DNA of 64,000 nucleotides from the NCBI GenBank assembly GCA_000708835.1, contig DF237411.1, positions 10,937 to 74,936 of the forward strand. The letters run 5' to 3'. Position 1 is the first letter of the stretch. Every line of letters begins with the position of its first letter. The notes under the pieces are model-generated. The model ran no database searches, was not told the DNA's origin, and worked only from the letters and a program-made list of their open reading frames with translations. A program made the position numbers and the translations under genes. Source of the DNA: Klebsormidium nitens (lineage: Eukaryota > Plantae > Klebsormidiophyceae). Of this stretch, positions 12,371-25,480 are shown one piece after another.

Positions 12371-13604
12371 TCTCTGTATAGTCTATACGCGCGACCGCCG
12401 CCCCCAGAAGGTTGGCACGCCGTGTCCGATCACTCCTAAATATCATGAAAGCGCCACAGCCCATCATGTGTTCGACTTGATCGCAATTCAAGGGACGAGG
12501 AAAAGTCGACCGTCACATGCTTTTGAGCCATGTGTGAAGGTGCCGTGCGTCATCATTTTCTCCATACTCACACAGCGAGATCTGTCCTGTTGTATGCACA
12601 TAGCGTTTAAGTTTGTTTGGAGTGTATACTAAAAGGGCGCGTGGCGTGGCATCCCAGGCTCGGGGTTTCAAAGGAGTTTAACGCAGGCTGAGTTGACATG
12701 GGAAATCACTTGCAGCAAGCCAACAAAGTCTGCATGATGGGAACTTTCATAGGACTAATCGAAACCATGCGTAGTCAAACAGCCCATGCGATCCGAGTAC
12801 TGACGGAGTCCCAAGCAACACAACGAGATAGACAAGACTCGTCAGGGCTGTCGAAATGGCCCCCGTCCATGTAAAGAAATTGCTCGCAATGTTACGAGAA
12901 TCAAATTGGTAAAGAGGCCACCACCACATGCCGCATCCGACTGACCGGCAACGTGCCGACGATATTGCGGTCTTATCAAGCATCAACTACCTCGATGCAT
13001 GGGATGACCGCAGCGAGGTTTTCAGGATGGCAGGAAGACTCCTTGGCTGCAACAAAAGAAACTTAGTTTCAGAAGGAGACATATTTTCACTTGCGCTGCG
13101 CATTTGGAACACCAGGCAAAGGAAGCTCTTGGCTTTCCAGACTCAGGCTTGGGTTGAGAATTCTTACGGCAACCGGCAAAACATTGAGGAGTAAGACTTG
13201 CTCGAGTGGAGTCTCGATCGGCCCGGGCTTTCATTGCAAATTGCAGACACGACGGCGGACACGGATTTCCGTAAAACAAGTCGCGATGACCTAAGGAAAA
13301 CTTCGGTCTTCTTGCAAAAGTCGGTGCTATACCACATAAGAATTTCAAAGAAGGGATCGGTTCCCTCTCAGGAGTAAGAGCGTGCGCCCCATGATCCTTC
13401 TCTTCATACTTTGTCGGCGATTGAAAGAGGTTTTGAGACATCAAGGGCAGACAATCTCACAACCTTCTGCGCCTTTCCGATCAATTATAGCTCCAAATCC
13501 AAACCTCTCAGCAGTTTTTCAAAAAGGTGGCGACAACCAGAAAGTGTTTTCGAAAGGGCAAACGAGTCAGAAAGATGGCAACAATCAGAGCATTCTTTCA
13601 AGAT

Positions 13605-16600
13605 TCAAACGGAACTTACCACCGGTGCCAAACCCGTAGATACGCGGACTGCCTCCGATCGTCTCTGGTGACGCTGCACCAGAGGGGGCTTCTCGAGCGG
13701 TAGGGACCGGAGCTCCGCGTACGAAGGCAGAGGTATGGAGTCCACCAGGTCTTCTGCAAAGGCGCAAAGAAACGGTGTCAATAATCGCTTGTTGGGCAAA
13801 AGCGTCTGCGCAGGCGACCTCGTTTACTGAAAACTGACTATAAAAGTCGCTGCAAACGAGTACGGAACATGGACTTCGTGACAATCTGGGAGTTTGCGGT
13901 CAGAAGTAACCTTCTGAATCGGCAGGAGCTGCGGCTCAAAATGCAGTGGCGCCACTGAAAATCGCAAGAGCATTTGATTTCGTCTTGTTGAATCCTAGCC
14001 TTCTGCATTTTCGTTCTCAATTTGATCCACGTTCCTGTTTTTCAGCGCCGTCGCTTGACTCGGACGACGTCGGTCCAGCGTCTCCCACGCAATGCAAAGC
14101 GACAGCTAAAAGCGGTCAATGGTCCGGCAATGCAAAGCGACGGCTAAAAGAGGTCAACGGTCCGCAAGGGCACAGTCGCCGGTTCTCACCGTCGAACGAT
14201 GGCAAGCTTATTTCGAAAAACTCTGGCTTGCTTGCCGAAGCTTCCGGCGACTTCCGGCCCGGTTCCGCTGAGCGGCTCTCATAACGGAACGGTGATGCCA
14301 CCGGCGGAGGAGAAGGCGCCACGTGGCTCGCGCCGGGAGGCAGGACTTCCAGGAGCTTTTGCACATGCAGCTGTTCGAAGGGAGGAAACGGTTCGTTTGA
14401 AGGGACATTTGGAGCAATACACGCCGGAATCCGCTCGGTGGCTTCGAGCGGAACCTATGTTAATACTTGTGAGGCCTCGACAGCTGAACGTAAAGAGCTA
14501 AAGAGTGTGCGAGATGAATATTTGCAGAAACCGTGCAAAGAAAGGGGAGACAGACTCCAAGACCGTGCGATCTTTCGCTCGATCATCGTGTGCCTCCCTT
14601 CCTCCCCGAAGCAACATAGACTTGCTTTGAACTCTTTCGCTTTTGCTTTGAGCCCAGTCCCGTTGCATTTCGTGCATTTCGAATGAAGCAAGACCGTCCC
14701 TTCATCAGTCAAGAGCCACCCAGTAACAGAGATCAGCAGCTTCCTTACCTGCAGCCCCGTAAGAATAGTCGAGGCATGGGCCTTAAACTCAGCGAAGTCG
14801 GACTTCAAGCTCCGGTTCTCAGCGAGGCATGTCTGCAAGCCCTGTAAAAAGAAAGCAGATTCAACATTCATCTTAAGGTGATGGCGAAGAGGTATCTGAG
14901 TAAATTGAGCAAGAAGGACGAAGTAATGTAGTCGCAGGCAATCATAGATTTAGTGGAATAAGGCTTAAGCCGTGCGGCAACGCTGCAAAACCATAACGGC
15001 ACCCTTTTCTCAAGGATCCTAGCTGAAGTGCGCGCAGAGTTAAAGGCAGACAGTAGTACCGAAGCAGTTGTTGCTTTTCGTATCGTGCGACATACATCAG
15101 ACTCGAACCAATCTGATGAGACCTCCGGATTGCATCCACATAGATCTCGTAGCTCGCCCTCCATCTCTCGCAATCCATTCTCCTCTGGGAGCTCCTCTGC
15201 AAAGCCGGAAGGACGGAACACAGAACGGAAAGGCTGACAGACAAGCTTACCTGAGAGAGCCGTTCCAAGTGCGCCATCGTATCCACCGGCGAGACGCCTG
15301 CCAACGCACTCGGCCTCCCTGCTTCAAACGGCGTCCGCTCCACCACAGCCGGCCGCCTCCCCGGGACAGTCCCCCCGGGCGCTTTCCCAGGCTCAGCACC
15401 AGCCTCTTTAGGCTCCGGTTTCTCCCCCGGTTCATTCCCCCGGTCTCTCCCCGGGTCACTGCCATGAGCGGCGTTTCCAGCCGGGACTGATTGCCGGTCT
15501 CCATTTCCTGCATCCATAGGCGCACCCACCGACCGGTGCGCCGCTGCGCCGCTCGGTTCTGTCGGCCCCCCTGCAACATATTGCCTGAGAAGTACTTCCA
15601 CGCCTGCGGCAGTACCCCCCGGTGCAGCAACTTCGCTTCGAGTTTCACCTTGTGATTGATGCTCTGGACGTTCACTATGTTCGACTGCGCTGTCGGACTG
15701 TGGCACTGCAGCTCTCGAGTGATCTAAACCGTCCGTCGCGGCGCCGGACCGATCATCTGCTGGCGTGCTTCCCCTTCTCGGTGCAAAGCCGCTCTGCTCA
15801 CTTAAACTACCCCGCTCCGCTGCAGAAACTTCTTCACCAGCAACAGGGGACCCCACGTCATGTCTCTGCCCCCCCTCTTGTTCCCCCCCTCGACTCTCTG
15901 CACGCTCTTCCATTCCGGTGCCCTCCTTCCCCTCCCTATCCTTAACAGACCCCCCACGCCCCATTCCCGAGGAACCGGGACCCTCCGCTTCGCTAAGCTC
16001 CTCAACTGGGCCCACAGCACCGCTGCCCCGCAACCCGCCCACTGCATGGCTGTCTATCTTTGCCTCCAAGTCCCGGAAGCCCCTTTCTAACTCCCCCAAC
16101 AGCCCCTCGTCAACACCCCTGCCGACTCTTCCGTCGTTCCCCCCTCTGCTCCTCTCGTCGGACCCTCCTCTGCCGCTTCCGTCGGAACCCCCTCTGCCCC
16201 GTTCTTCGGACCCTCCCCTCCGAGCCTCCCCCTGAGAAGCCTCTGTTTCTGACATGAATTGCGTACTGCCGCCATCCCCCCGCTTCTTTCTTTTCGCCAG
16301 GCTCTGAATCAACCGCTGCCTCGCCTCAAACCTCGACACCTCCTCGTCAAAATCAACAACCCCCGTCACACCTACTGCCGGTCCCGACTCGTCCTTTGCC
16401 GTTTCTTGCTGCGACGCCTGCGCAAGTTCTTTCTCTTCCCCCCTTTCCTTAGTTTCTGACCAATCCCCTTGACCCTCGTCGTCTGCCACCTGGCGCTCCC
16501 TCATTGGCTGCCGGAGAGGACTGCGGGAATGTTCCAGGTGTTCGAGAAAGTTAGGCGTGCCACCCGGGCGCCACGGCCGCGGCTTCTCCTGGTGTCTCTG

Positions 16601-18427
16601 GCCCCCCTGCGAGCTCTCCTCGCTGATGAGCCTCGGCTGAGCGATGTAGCTGTGGAAACGGCCCCTCTCATCATAGCCTGCGACGTGGAATGATTAGGTA
16701 CGTCACGTACATCCAAAGCAAGATGTGGACTTGATCAATGGAACCAGGGTACTGCATTTTGCAGCCAGAGGTGCTGCAAAGGCCATGTTTGAGTCTGAAG
16801 CGCTAGCTGTTTTGTCGAGTGCCACATCCTTGCAAAGAGAAGAGCATAAACTGCTGTACAGTGTCAATGAAACGCAAGCTAATGGGGACTTCTCAAGATG
16901 GACATAGTGCTCTGTGCTCCAGTGGTGTGCAGGTCCATGGGAGGTCTGTTTCACCACTTCTGTTACCAAGCTTCTGGTAAACTGGGGTGTTTTCATTGTG
17001 CAACGGTCTGTCCGAATCCTCTCCTACCGATCATTATGCAACCTGGGGATCAAAGACGGGCATCAAGTAGGAGCTTCTGGCCTCACCAAATTGGGGCACC
17101 CAATTCTCAACATCTGAGCGGGGCACGCGCACCGCGTTCTTGGAAACCACCGCTTGCTTTCGCTCCTCTATTTCTGCCTCAGTCAGCTTGTACTGGGACA
17201 GATCATGGATAGTTTCCTGCCAAAGTACAAAATTCAGCAAGATGGAAAAAGGAACCATCAGAAAACATGACGTTTACCATGACCTTGAAAGTGATGTCAA
17301 AGAAGATGGAAAGAGGTCAATCTGCATGGAATCAGCCCCACTGGAGTGCTAAAAGTGGACAGGATTGCGTCTGAACATCAAGGAATTACCACATGTTCAG
17401 CCTTCGATGAATGACTCTTGCTCAGTGCTGTGCTTCCATTCCCTAAGAATCAAAAATCCAGACCTCATGAAGCACCCTCCGATAGCCGCGTAGCCTATAC
17501 AGGAGTGCAGAAAGATGTGATTCGGCTCCAAGGTAGACAAGCGTCACTTGGGACTTCAGCAATCTAAAAACATTGGTGGTAGAGTCTGTGCAGTGTGAAG
17601 ATAAAGAATCTTCCCGTTGCAGTTTTGACAGGGCAACAAAAAGTTTGGTGTACTCAAACCCACATGTTTCAACACCCACACTTCATTATCAAACAAAGAA
17701 TGCACAAAAGAATCCTCACATCCCAGTCTGGCCGCGGCCTCCTCTTTCTCTCTTTACCCCCACTGTGCTCAGCGTTCCGGCCCTTGCGCAGGCTAGGTGG
17801 CCCCAAGTCCCGGTAGGTGAGGAACCACTGCGTGCCTGCCTTGGACCTCTTCATTGCTGCAGAGTTACCTGACTAGTCTTGCTGTAAACAATCTTGAGCC
17901 TCCATCAAATAGCATCTGCTCTTCAAAGCCTGCGTCAGACTAATCTAGTCAAAACTCCCCATCAGCAGCCTGCTCAAAATACGCCTTGACTGGAAACAGC
18001 AACCGTTTGCAAGGGTGCTTCATTCAGCAGCATCTGCTTTCTCTCAAGGATGCACAAAAGCCAACAGATTCTTTGCGGTAAAAGCCCTTTGCTTTGCCTG
18101 GCAGCAAGCTTGCCTTCCCTTCTGTCAACTTGAAGTATTTAAGACTGGAAAGCGGAGCAGGCAATTGCAATCCGAAGTCCACATCCCTAATCTGGCTGAA
18201 ATGATGCTGCTGACACCAGCAATTCTTCTCCCAGATTCTCAGGAAAGCGCGCCTTCATCTAATGCCCCATTGCTTCTGAGCAGCGTGTGCCTCCTTGCCT
18301 TGCCTTCCGTGTTTTCACCGCTGTTCTTCTGTGCTCCACCCTCCCTGTCTTGGACTCTTGGTGGAAACTTCACCTCTAGAACGACTGCCTTGAAGGCAAA
18401 GGTACCTACCTGCCCTAATCTGCACAT
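13605..18427 (-). CDS. Uncharacterised multi-exon gene with a large G/E/R/S-rich low-complexity exon; boundaries uncertain
   Basis: 520-codon ORF 14942-16504, whose likely coding part ends at the donor near 15250 (HLERLSQ|GTAAG). Other coding-like segments are at 14130-14456 (VPLEATERIPACIAP...LLEVLPPG), 14750-14845 (CLAENRSLKSDFAEFKAH), 16570-16680 and 17730-17850. No domain recognised and the exon chain is not fully resolved. Confidence 0.5.
14090..14165. repeat. 38-bp direct repeat, 2 copies
   Basis: caatgcaaagcgacagctaaaagcggtcaatggtccg at 14090 and caatgcaaagcgacggctaaaagaggtcaacggtccg at 14128. Confidence 0.85.
16110..16235 (-). repeat. Coding 24-bp tandem repeat (8-aa Gly/Arg units)
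   Basis: The translation shows GGSEERGR, GGSDGSGR, GGSDERSR and GGNDGRVG in tandem. Confidence 0.75.
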
Positions 18428-19438
18428 AATAGTATGACCACTGCCTTTAGACTGCTAGGTATAGGACAACACGATTCAAATGGGAATGCTCGATTTGGAT
18501 CCATGCGCGATCATCGGATGGTCACAAACGCTTGTATTCATATTTCGAAACCGGTTGAAGCTGACGGTTGAAAAGTTGTCGCCTTGCGATGTCAAAGGTC
18601 CGTCGGATAAATATCTTGGACGGCTCAGATCCCCGCACCTTTGTGTCTACAGGTCTTGGTTTCGAAGCTCATTGAATGCTGAGCCGTGAAGCCGTTCAAC
18701 GGTGGCGAGCTGCTGCTGTTTCTGTTTAACCTGAATACGTTGATCGCAAGCCAGGCTTTTCACTCTGCCACTTGGTATTTTGGGTATCACTCGCGCTGAT
18801 AGCATATAATAGCTGTTGAAAAGCTGCCGCCACTTTGTATGCAGTGGGGCGGCCGCACAATTAATGCGCCCTCGAACATATTTGCGTAGGTGCCGAACAG
18901 CTTGGCCAGCCGCAATTTGCATGCCAGCGAGCTTGCAGCGGCAGACGCTTTGATATGCGCGTGAAACGCATGGTGCATGGAGATGTGACGTGTGCATGCG
19001 AAGGATCAGATACAAAAGATATGACAATTGCAACAGTGCAACCGATGCAATTTCAGACCGCCTGAATCATGATCGCAGTTAATGGTCCGTGACAAAGAAA
19101 GGATGAAGTCTAAGCGCTGGCATGTTTTTCAGTTGAGCCCGGGTTTTAAACGTGGTTTGAAATTGATTGGTCCTTTTGCGATGCAATGCAAGCGCGACGC
19201 GTACTTGACATGCATTAGCAAATTGACATAAGAACCAACGTAAAAGAGACCACTTCCGTTCTCCATCATGGCATGCTACAGGTAACCATGTTTCGTACCA
19301 TGCCACTTGCACGTGGCAGCTAATGCAAGTGGCCGCCCTCGAGGAATGAAAACAAAAGAGGGGGCTGCAAGGCAAATCCGATTTCCGAGAGCTTTGATCA
19401 CGAGTGCCATCGATCGGGTATACATAATAAACACGTTA

Positions 19439-22400
19439 TCAGCAGATAAACAAGCGCTGTTCAAGTCTCCGCCTCTTGAGCGCCCCCAAGTAGTTGACGT
19501 CTCCTAGTAGGACGCCAAGATCCCCTGTCACCAGAGAAAGGGTAATTTCATTTGCCTTAGTCGGACCCCAACACATCACGGATTCACAATTCTCACACTG
19601 CCGGACTCGTTTTGACACTCGTCACTATGGAGCGTTGTTGCTTAGGTTTTACCAACTTGTGAGCATCGGAAGATTATATAGCGGCGCTCACCGAACTTAA
19701 AAGAATCACCCAGGAGACATCAGAGAGTCTCGTTAAATCACGTGTCTCGTCCGCTTGACCGAATTTTAGTATACAGAGGGCACGTGTGATACATGGTCGC
19801 CCTCCATAAATCAGAAACAGAACCCGACAATCAACCGGACGAATGACAGCCCACTAGCCTGAGATTGGTTCAGATTGTCCCATATAAGCGGAGCTCACCT
19901 TCGAATATTGTATGGACCAGCTGCAACCCCTCCACAACCAGCTCCGCGCCCAGAATGCCGTCCGGCCGGGTGTCCAGCGCGCACAATACCCCAGGCGCGC
20001 GCGCTCGCGCCACAGAAGCCTCTCTGGGCGCCAGCCAGAGCAGGTTGCGTAGGTTCATGGTTTCGTCGTAGCGGACCTTCGAACCTGCACAGGTCGAAGA
20101 ACCACAGCCAGCTGGTCGCCGTTCGAACGACTTCCTTTTGCTGGTGTTCCGATCGTTTACCGTAGCGGACATGCTGTAAGTCTTACGTTGTTTCGAACGC
20201 TTGGTGAAGATCTTAAAGCGATTGCAGCATTCTGGTTTCTGCTTTGAAGTTGACCAGCAGAGACTAGCGCTCCCATCAGCAATCTTGAATCTTGAGTTTC
20301 TCCGTTCGTGTCAAGAGCATTACCTGACCGCACAATCCGTTGATGCATCAAGTACGGCTTTGAGATGGGAACGTTGCTGTTGCGTGAGGCCGAAGCGTCG
20401 GGATTGTCAAATATCCACGCGAAAGAAAAAGCAAAATACCGATGAGATTTTCGTTTCAGCTTCGGGCGAGTCTGCTTAGTCGCAAGCTCCACTATGGCGA
20501 TATTTGTGCAAAAAAGACTCGGCATCGGAATCAACTATGAATGGATTACGGCCTCTCATTTAAAGAATTACCTCGCTGGCAGTAGCCCAGGTTGACCGGG
20601 AACGCCTCCGGGTCTTCTGCCGGGTATTCGCGAGCGTGGAAACTGCACGAAGTGACGTCACAGATCAGCTGCAGGGGGACGAAGGGACATCGCATGCTTG
20701 AGAATGATCAAATCCAAAAGAAGCATTAAGCTCCATTGACAAGCTGCACTCCGAAAGAGTTGTGCAACAACCAAGATCAAGCTAGGGATATTTCTAGCAC
20801 AGGACTCTTAGTCAGACAGGTGCTCGCATCCAGTAAGTGGTCAGGAGATCTACAACAGTGGAATGGCTTGAAAGACCCCATTTCGAACATGAGACGAGAA
20901 TCCAAAAATGGTCGAACGACGGGCAAATGGTGACTCAGCTTCAAAAGCGCAAACTTTCGCGAAGAGCGAACACGAGGATATAAACGTAATGAACAGCTCA
21001 CAGGATGCCAAACCGACGGCTCTCGCGCGCGTACAGAAAGTGTCCGTGGAAAAGGTCGAAGCGGCTGAGGTTGACGGGGAAGCCAGCGACCGGGGCCGTA
21101 GCCGCAATTGCCTCGAATAGAAGCGCGAAGTAACGGCTCACAACCTGAAAGCGTACCGAAATCAAGTCTCAGGATCTGGGCAAGGTACCAACACGCTGGC
21201 GAAAACTGAGATCCCTTGGAAGATGTAGCATGGTGCCTTCTTTTGCGAGATGGGTTTCCGGCCTCACTGCGTTTGATTGTTCCGGCACTGTCCTTCCCCA
21301 ACTTTTCCGAAATTTGTCAGTATGCGGCTGTATGCCGAACCCGTGCGTCATGCTAAGAGGAAGTTGCTTCAAGGATTGTTAGATCCACAGAATCATCCGC
21401 CAACGAAACGGCAGGCAATGAACCGTGAATCCTTCAAGCCTTTGTGAAAACGCTCTACACATTCTCATCCAACTCTTTTTTCCTCGAAAGGAAAGGGTTG
21501 GGCTGAACGTAGAGTACCAGCAGATCTGAGTCTGATGCAGACAAAGGAGCGGCTTGGCCGTTTAATGCCTTGCCATTTGTCGGATTTTCAATGGACTGAA
21601 AGGCTGAGTCGGATCTTTGAGCCGGAGCAATACAGCACCTGACCGCCGAGCGTTATTCAACGACGTTCGCTTGTGAACTTTCAATGAAATGACTGTCAAA
21701 AAACGGGTACTTTAGAAGACCGAAACGACGTCCCGCCTGCTCACTTGCTTTGAGAAGCGCTGCCCAGTTGGTGCGCGCGCCAGCTGGCAGCAGGCCTCGG
21801 TCGACCCTTCGCAGTCGGGAAACTGGCAGAGGCAACGAAAGACGAATGTCTTTAGACACTACTTCAAACTTTCTTCCGAAGAATAAAAGAGTAGATGTCG
21901 ATGGAAGCTGTCCAAGATGCCGCTAAGTTTTTCACAAGATGCACTGCTCTTTTCTCAGATGCTTGCGCAAGGGATCGAGAGCATCAACTCTAAAGCCGCC
22001 CAGAGTGGGTTTTCTGGGGAAAGTGTTGGTCACGACTAAGGACTATTGATGCCTAAAAAGCGCAAGCCCCAAGAAAACCTGCATCCAACAAACAAGACGC
22101 AATCCTGCATCCAGATCCGAAGTTGCTTAGACCGTCAGGCCTTTGCTGTTCCTGATGACAAACCAACGAGCTGCTATGAAGAGTGACACATTGAGGACTG
22201 TGAGTTAAGTCACGATTGTACTCATCTGCCTCAGTATCCTGACAGAAACAGAATTCTCACCTCGAAATGGCTTGGGCTGAGGGCTCTTCGCAGGGCGCTG
22301 CCATTCCCCCGCTGCGTATCGACCGCCCTAACCAGAGCCATAACCTCCGCCGGTGGCTGGGCAACCAGCGCCCCAAACCTGCCCTCTAACCCGCTTTCTT

Positions 22401-23551
22401 GTCCCGCTTGACGACCTGACCGACTTTGCTTTACAACGCCAGAGTTTCTCTTTCGATTTTCCCCTCTCCCTTGGGTATCAAGCAAGTCAGTGACTAGCTT
22501 CCGTACTGAAGACCTACTGATCAACACTGGCGTAGATGAAGCTCCTTCATCTCCATCCAAACGTGAACTTTCCTGATCGACTTCGAAGGAGCCAGGATCT
22601 TGACTTCCTGACGAAACTTCCACTGGGAGCTTCCCAACGAGGGGCCGTATACATGAACGCAATGCGTCAGCCCGGGGGGGTGCCACATCCTGTGCGTCAA
22701 TCCCCCCACTCAGAACCGCTAGCAGATCCCTTGCACAAGCAGTCTGTAGGTCCCGGTCCCCCTGGAACCCAACAAGATGGAGGGGGTCAAATATGACGGC
22801 TAGTCAAAGACGAATGTGATTGGTCGAGCTCGCCGTGACACTAGTCAACTTGATGCCTTGGATGTTCACACTGCCACAGGTTCCATGCCCAAGTATAGGA
22901 ACATTGAGAACCAAAGCCCAAACCAAAGGAAAGAGCTGTCTCCGTTGTTGCTGTACAACGGGGGTAAATTGTAGCTCAGGCAAGACAATCGGCAGTGCAT
23001 GCGCTCACTAGCACGCTGCAAAAGGACAGGTCTGGTTTGATAGGTCATTGATAGGTCATCGATAGATCATCAGCACTTCTGCGACAGGTTTGATGAACAG
23101 GTCTAAGTAGACTCACCGTGTAACTTCTCACGACTGCCATCAACCCCCTTGTGCTGATGCCACCAGTGGTAGCCCTCGCTCCAATGCTGGAGAGCAGCAA
23201 TCCATAGAGGATAGTCGCTTTGAAAGATGGCTTTAAGCCACTGTGCCAACGCAAAGTCTTGACACCTGGCATGCTGACAGCTGTCAGGCCAGCTGCAGCT
23301 GAAATTTGACTCCTTTCGCAAAGCGATGATCGAATTGTGCCACAAGTACTTGCTTGCCTGCTGAATTTGCAAGATAGTCGAACCAAATGTGGGCTGGTCA
23401 CAGGAGACTGAGGATGTGCCCTGCCAGATTGTAACCTTCTAAGGTACTCCTTGTATTGCGAGTCTGAACTGGAAGGTGCACCAGGTTTTTGGAACTGCAC
23501 CCAAGCATTTGGCTGACCGTGACAGGGCGCACCGAAGCAGTTCGATGGCAT
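19439..23551 (-). CDS. Conserved green-plant protein of unknown function, multi-exon; 5' end uncertain
   Basis: Spliced C-terminal exons read FEAIAATAPVAGFPVNLSRFDLFHGHFLYARESRRFGIL | FHAREYPAEDPEAFPVNLGYCQRG | SKVRYDETMNLRNLLWLAP...PGVLCALDTRPDGI...HTIFEG | DLGVLLGDVNYL...RLFIC*. This matches, from memory, a conserved uncharacterised land-plant family (RFDLFHGH, FHAKEYPA, NLRNILWLAP, DVNYL). Coding-like upstream segments lie at 21653-21850, 22256-22686 and 23070-23551. Confidence 0.75.
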
Positions 23552-24248
23552 TGTGCAGCGGCCTCATTAGGAACAACTTCTTATTGTTGCGGCTGGCTTT
23601 GCATCTGTTGAAAAGGTGGCTTCATCACCTTTGCTCAGGGGTGCCTTAAGCTCCGTAACAGCACTGGTCAGCTCGTGCCAATCTGCAGTCAGCTTGCTGG
23701 TCTTGACCCAGGCCCTGGAGCCCTGAGGGGCTGTGGCAGGGCAAGCTGGTGCAGGCGAACAATCGCCATATACTAGGTATATAGCACTGTATTAGCAGCC
23801 CCTGCCAGCAAATTTGAATATTCTGAAATTTTGCTTTTCTGCCAAGAAGTTTTTACCTTTGCCAGTGACGGCGACCAGAGCACCGGCGCCAGTCCACGTC
23901 CGCTCGAAAGTTCAATTTTAAAAATGGTCACGACTCACGACTCACAGTGAGTCACAGAGCAGCGAAACCGGCAGATTATACCCGCCGGCAGTGGGCTGTC
24001 AAAAAAAGTCGAGAAAAAGACAAAAAGTTCTGAAAAATCAAAGCTGTCCAGAGCATGTCGTGTTCGAAGTTGCTGCGGAAGCAGTGGACGACGTCTGACA
24101 GGGGCCAGTGGCAGCGGTAGCCAGCAGCAGAGTAGTTGCATAGAAGTCGAGGAGCCACAGATCCATCACAGGGCATTAGCAGGCCTGTAGGGACGCGTAT
24201 TCTTTGCTGCACCGCCATCTCCCTGGTGTGTGCGGGATTGCTTCGAAC

Positions 24249-24887
24249 ATGGATCAGGGCAGCAAACAGAAAACCAAGCGCCCTGGAGGAACGGAGCTAG
24301 CTTCAAATGGTTCAAAAGATACGTCAGGAGCTGCAAAGAATTTACAAGCTGGGGGTAGCAGGCTGCAAGTACAGAAGAGCACCGCTAAGAAGAAAGCTGA
24401 GCGGCCTTCAGCGAGCGCAGGAGAACGCTCTGGATTGGGTGTTGGTCATGAGGGTGCTCAGAGTAGCAGGCGAGAGAACAATGAAGGGCAGGAAAGAGTG
24501 GATTTGAAGGCTGGAGCGGAGGGAGCAGCGAGGGAGCCTGAGGGTGCGGAAGAAGAGCCGGTGGCAAAGTCAGGGAAGCGGAAGGCTGGTGATGAGATTG
24601 ACTCTATCTTTGGAACCGCAAAGAAGAAGGGCGCGGCCGCTGGGGACGAAAAGGGAGTTAGTATACCAGGTAGTAAAGTGAAGACCAGCAGTAAATCGAA
24701 GAGTAAACTAGGAGGGGGCAAAGAAAAGCAAAAACTAGGTCAGAAGCCAAAGGCTGTGAAAGTGCCGGGTGCAAGGAAAAGGACGAATGACGGGCTGACT
24801 GTCTACTCGGAAGAGGAGCTAGGCTTTGCTAAAAAGGACGCTGGTGGCACTCCTCTGTGCCCGTTCGATTGTCAATGCTGCTTCTGA
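24249..24887 (+). CDS. DUF1764 family protein, Lys-rich, single exon
   Basis: ORF with DEIDSIFG and the C-terminal signature RKRTNDGLTVYSEEELG...GGTPLCPFDCQCCF. ATG at 24249. Confidence 0.88.
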   Translation: MDQGSKQKTKRPGGTELASNGSKDTSGAAKNLQAGGSRLQVQKSTAKKKAERPSASAGERSGLGVGHEGAQSSRRENNEGQERVDLKAGAEGAAREPEGAEEEPVAKSGKRKAGDEIDSIFGTAKKKGAAAGDEKGVSIPGSKVKTSSKSKSKLGGGKEKQKLGQKPKAVKVPGARKRTNDGLTVYSEEELGFAKKDAGGTPLCPFDCQCCF

Positions 24888-25480
24888 ACGCGCCTGTTAC
24901 CTGCGGAGTCCCATGTCCTGCAACAATTTCTGGCCGACAAGCAAATGGGGGGCAGCGGAACCACTTTCAAAGAAGAAACACTACCCTCTGGATCATATGG
25001 CTTTATGCCGTGATCGGAACGATATTGAGCTGTGCATACGGTAGTATAGATTGGATCTTGTATTTGCAGTCGAGATCTGATGCCTTGTTAGTTGCATGTC
25101 GACGTGGCCGGGACGGGCTGTTCTGTACACCCGAACTGGTCCTAGGGTACGCATACCGGCTACACTATACCACATACCGAAGTTCATTGCAAGCTTGCAG
25201 TTTGCATGCCCGGCCATGCAGACATGTGAAACGGCTATGCATCCAATGCATGATGATGATACGACGGCAACTTTGCACGTTTATGTGTACCGATGCATCA
25301 TTTTATGGGCAAGCTGTCTACGTCCAAACGGTTGGCGACTTGAAACATATGAGTACACACATCCGTGCCACCCAGACTGCCCTTGTGCATCTGCAGAGAA
25401 GCAATGGATACAGAGCTTTCTGCAAGGTGGAGTGCGCGACGATCTACCACAATAAGCTACGATCGATCAAAACTTATTTG

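Noticed and set aside
12736-13194. Possible decayed plus-strand coding sequence
   Set aside because: The frames are short and interrupted, with no recognisable homology, so it is too weak to call a pseudogene.
15028-16693. Many plus-strand ORFs over the low-complexity exon
   Set aside because: They are antisense shadows of a GC-rich coding exon.
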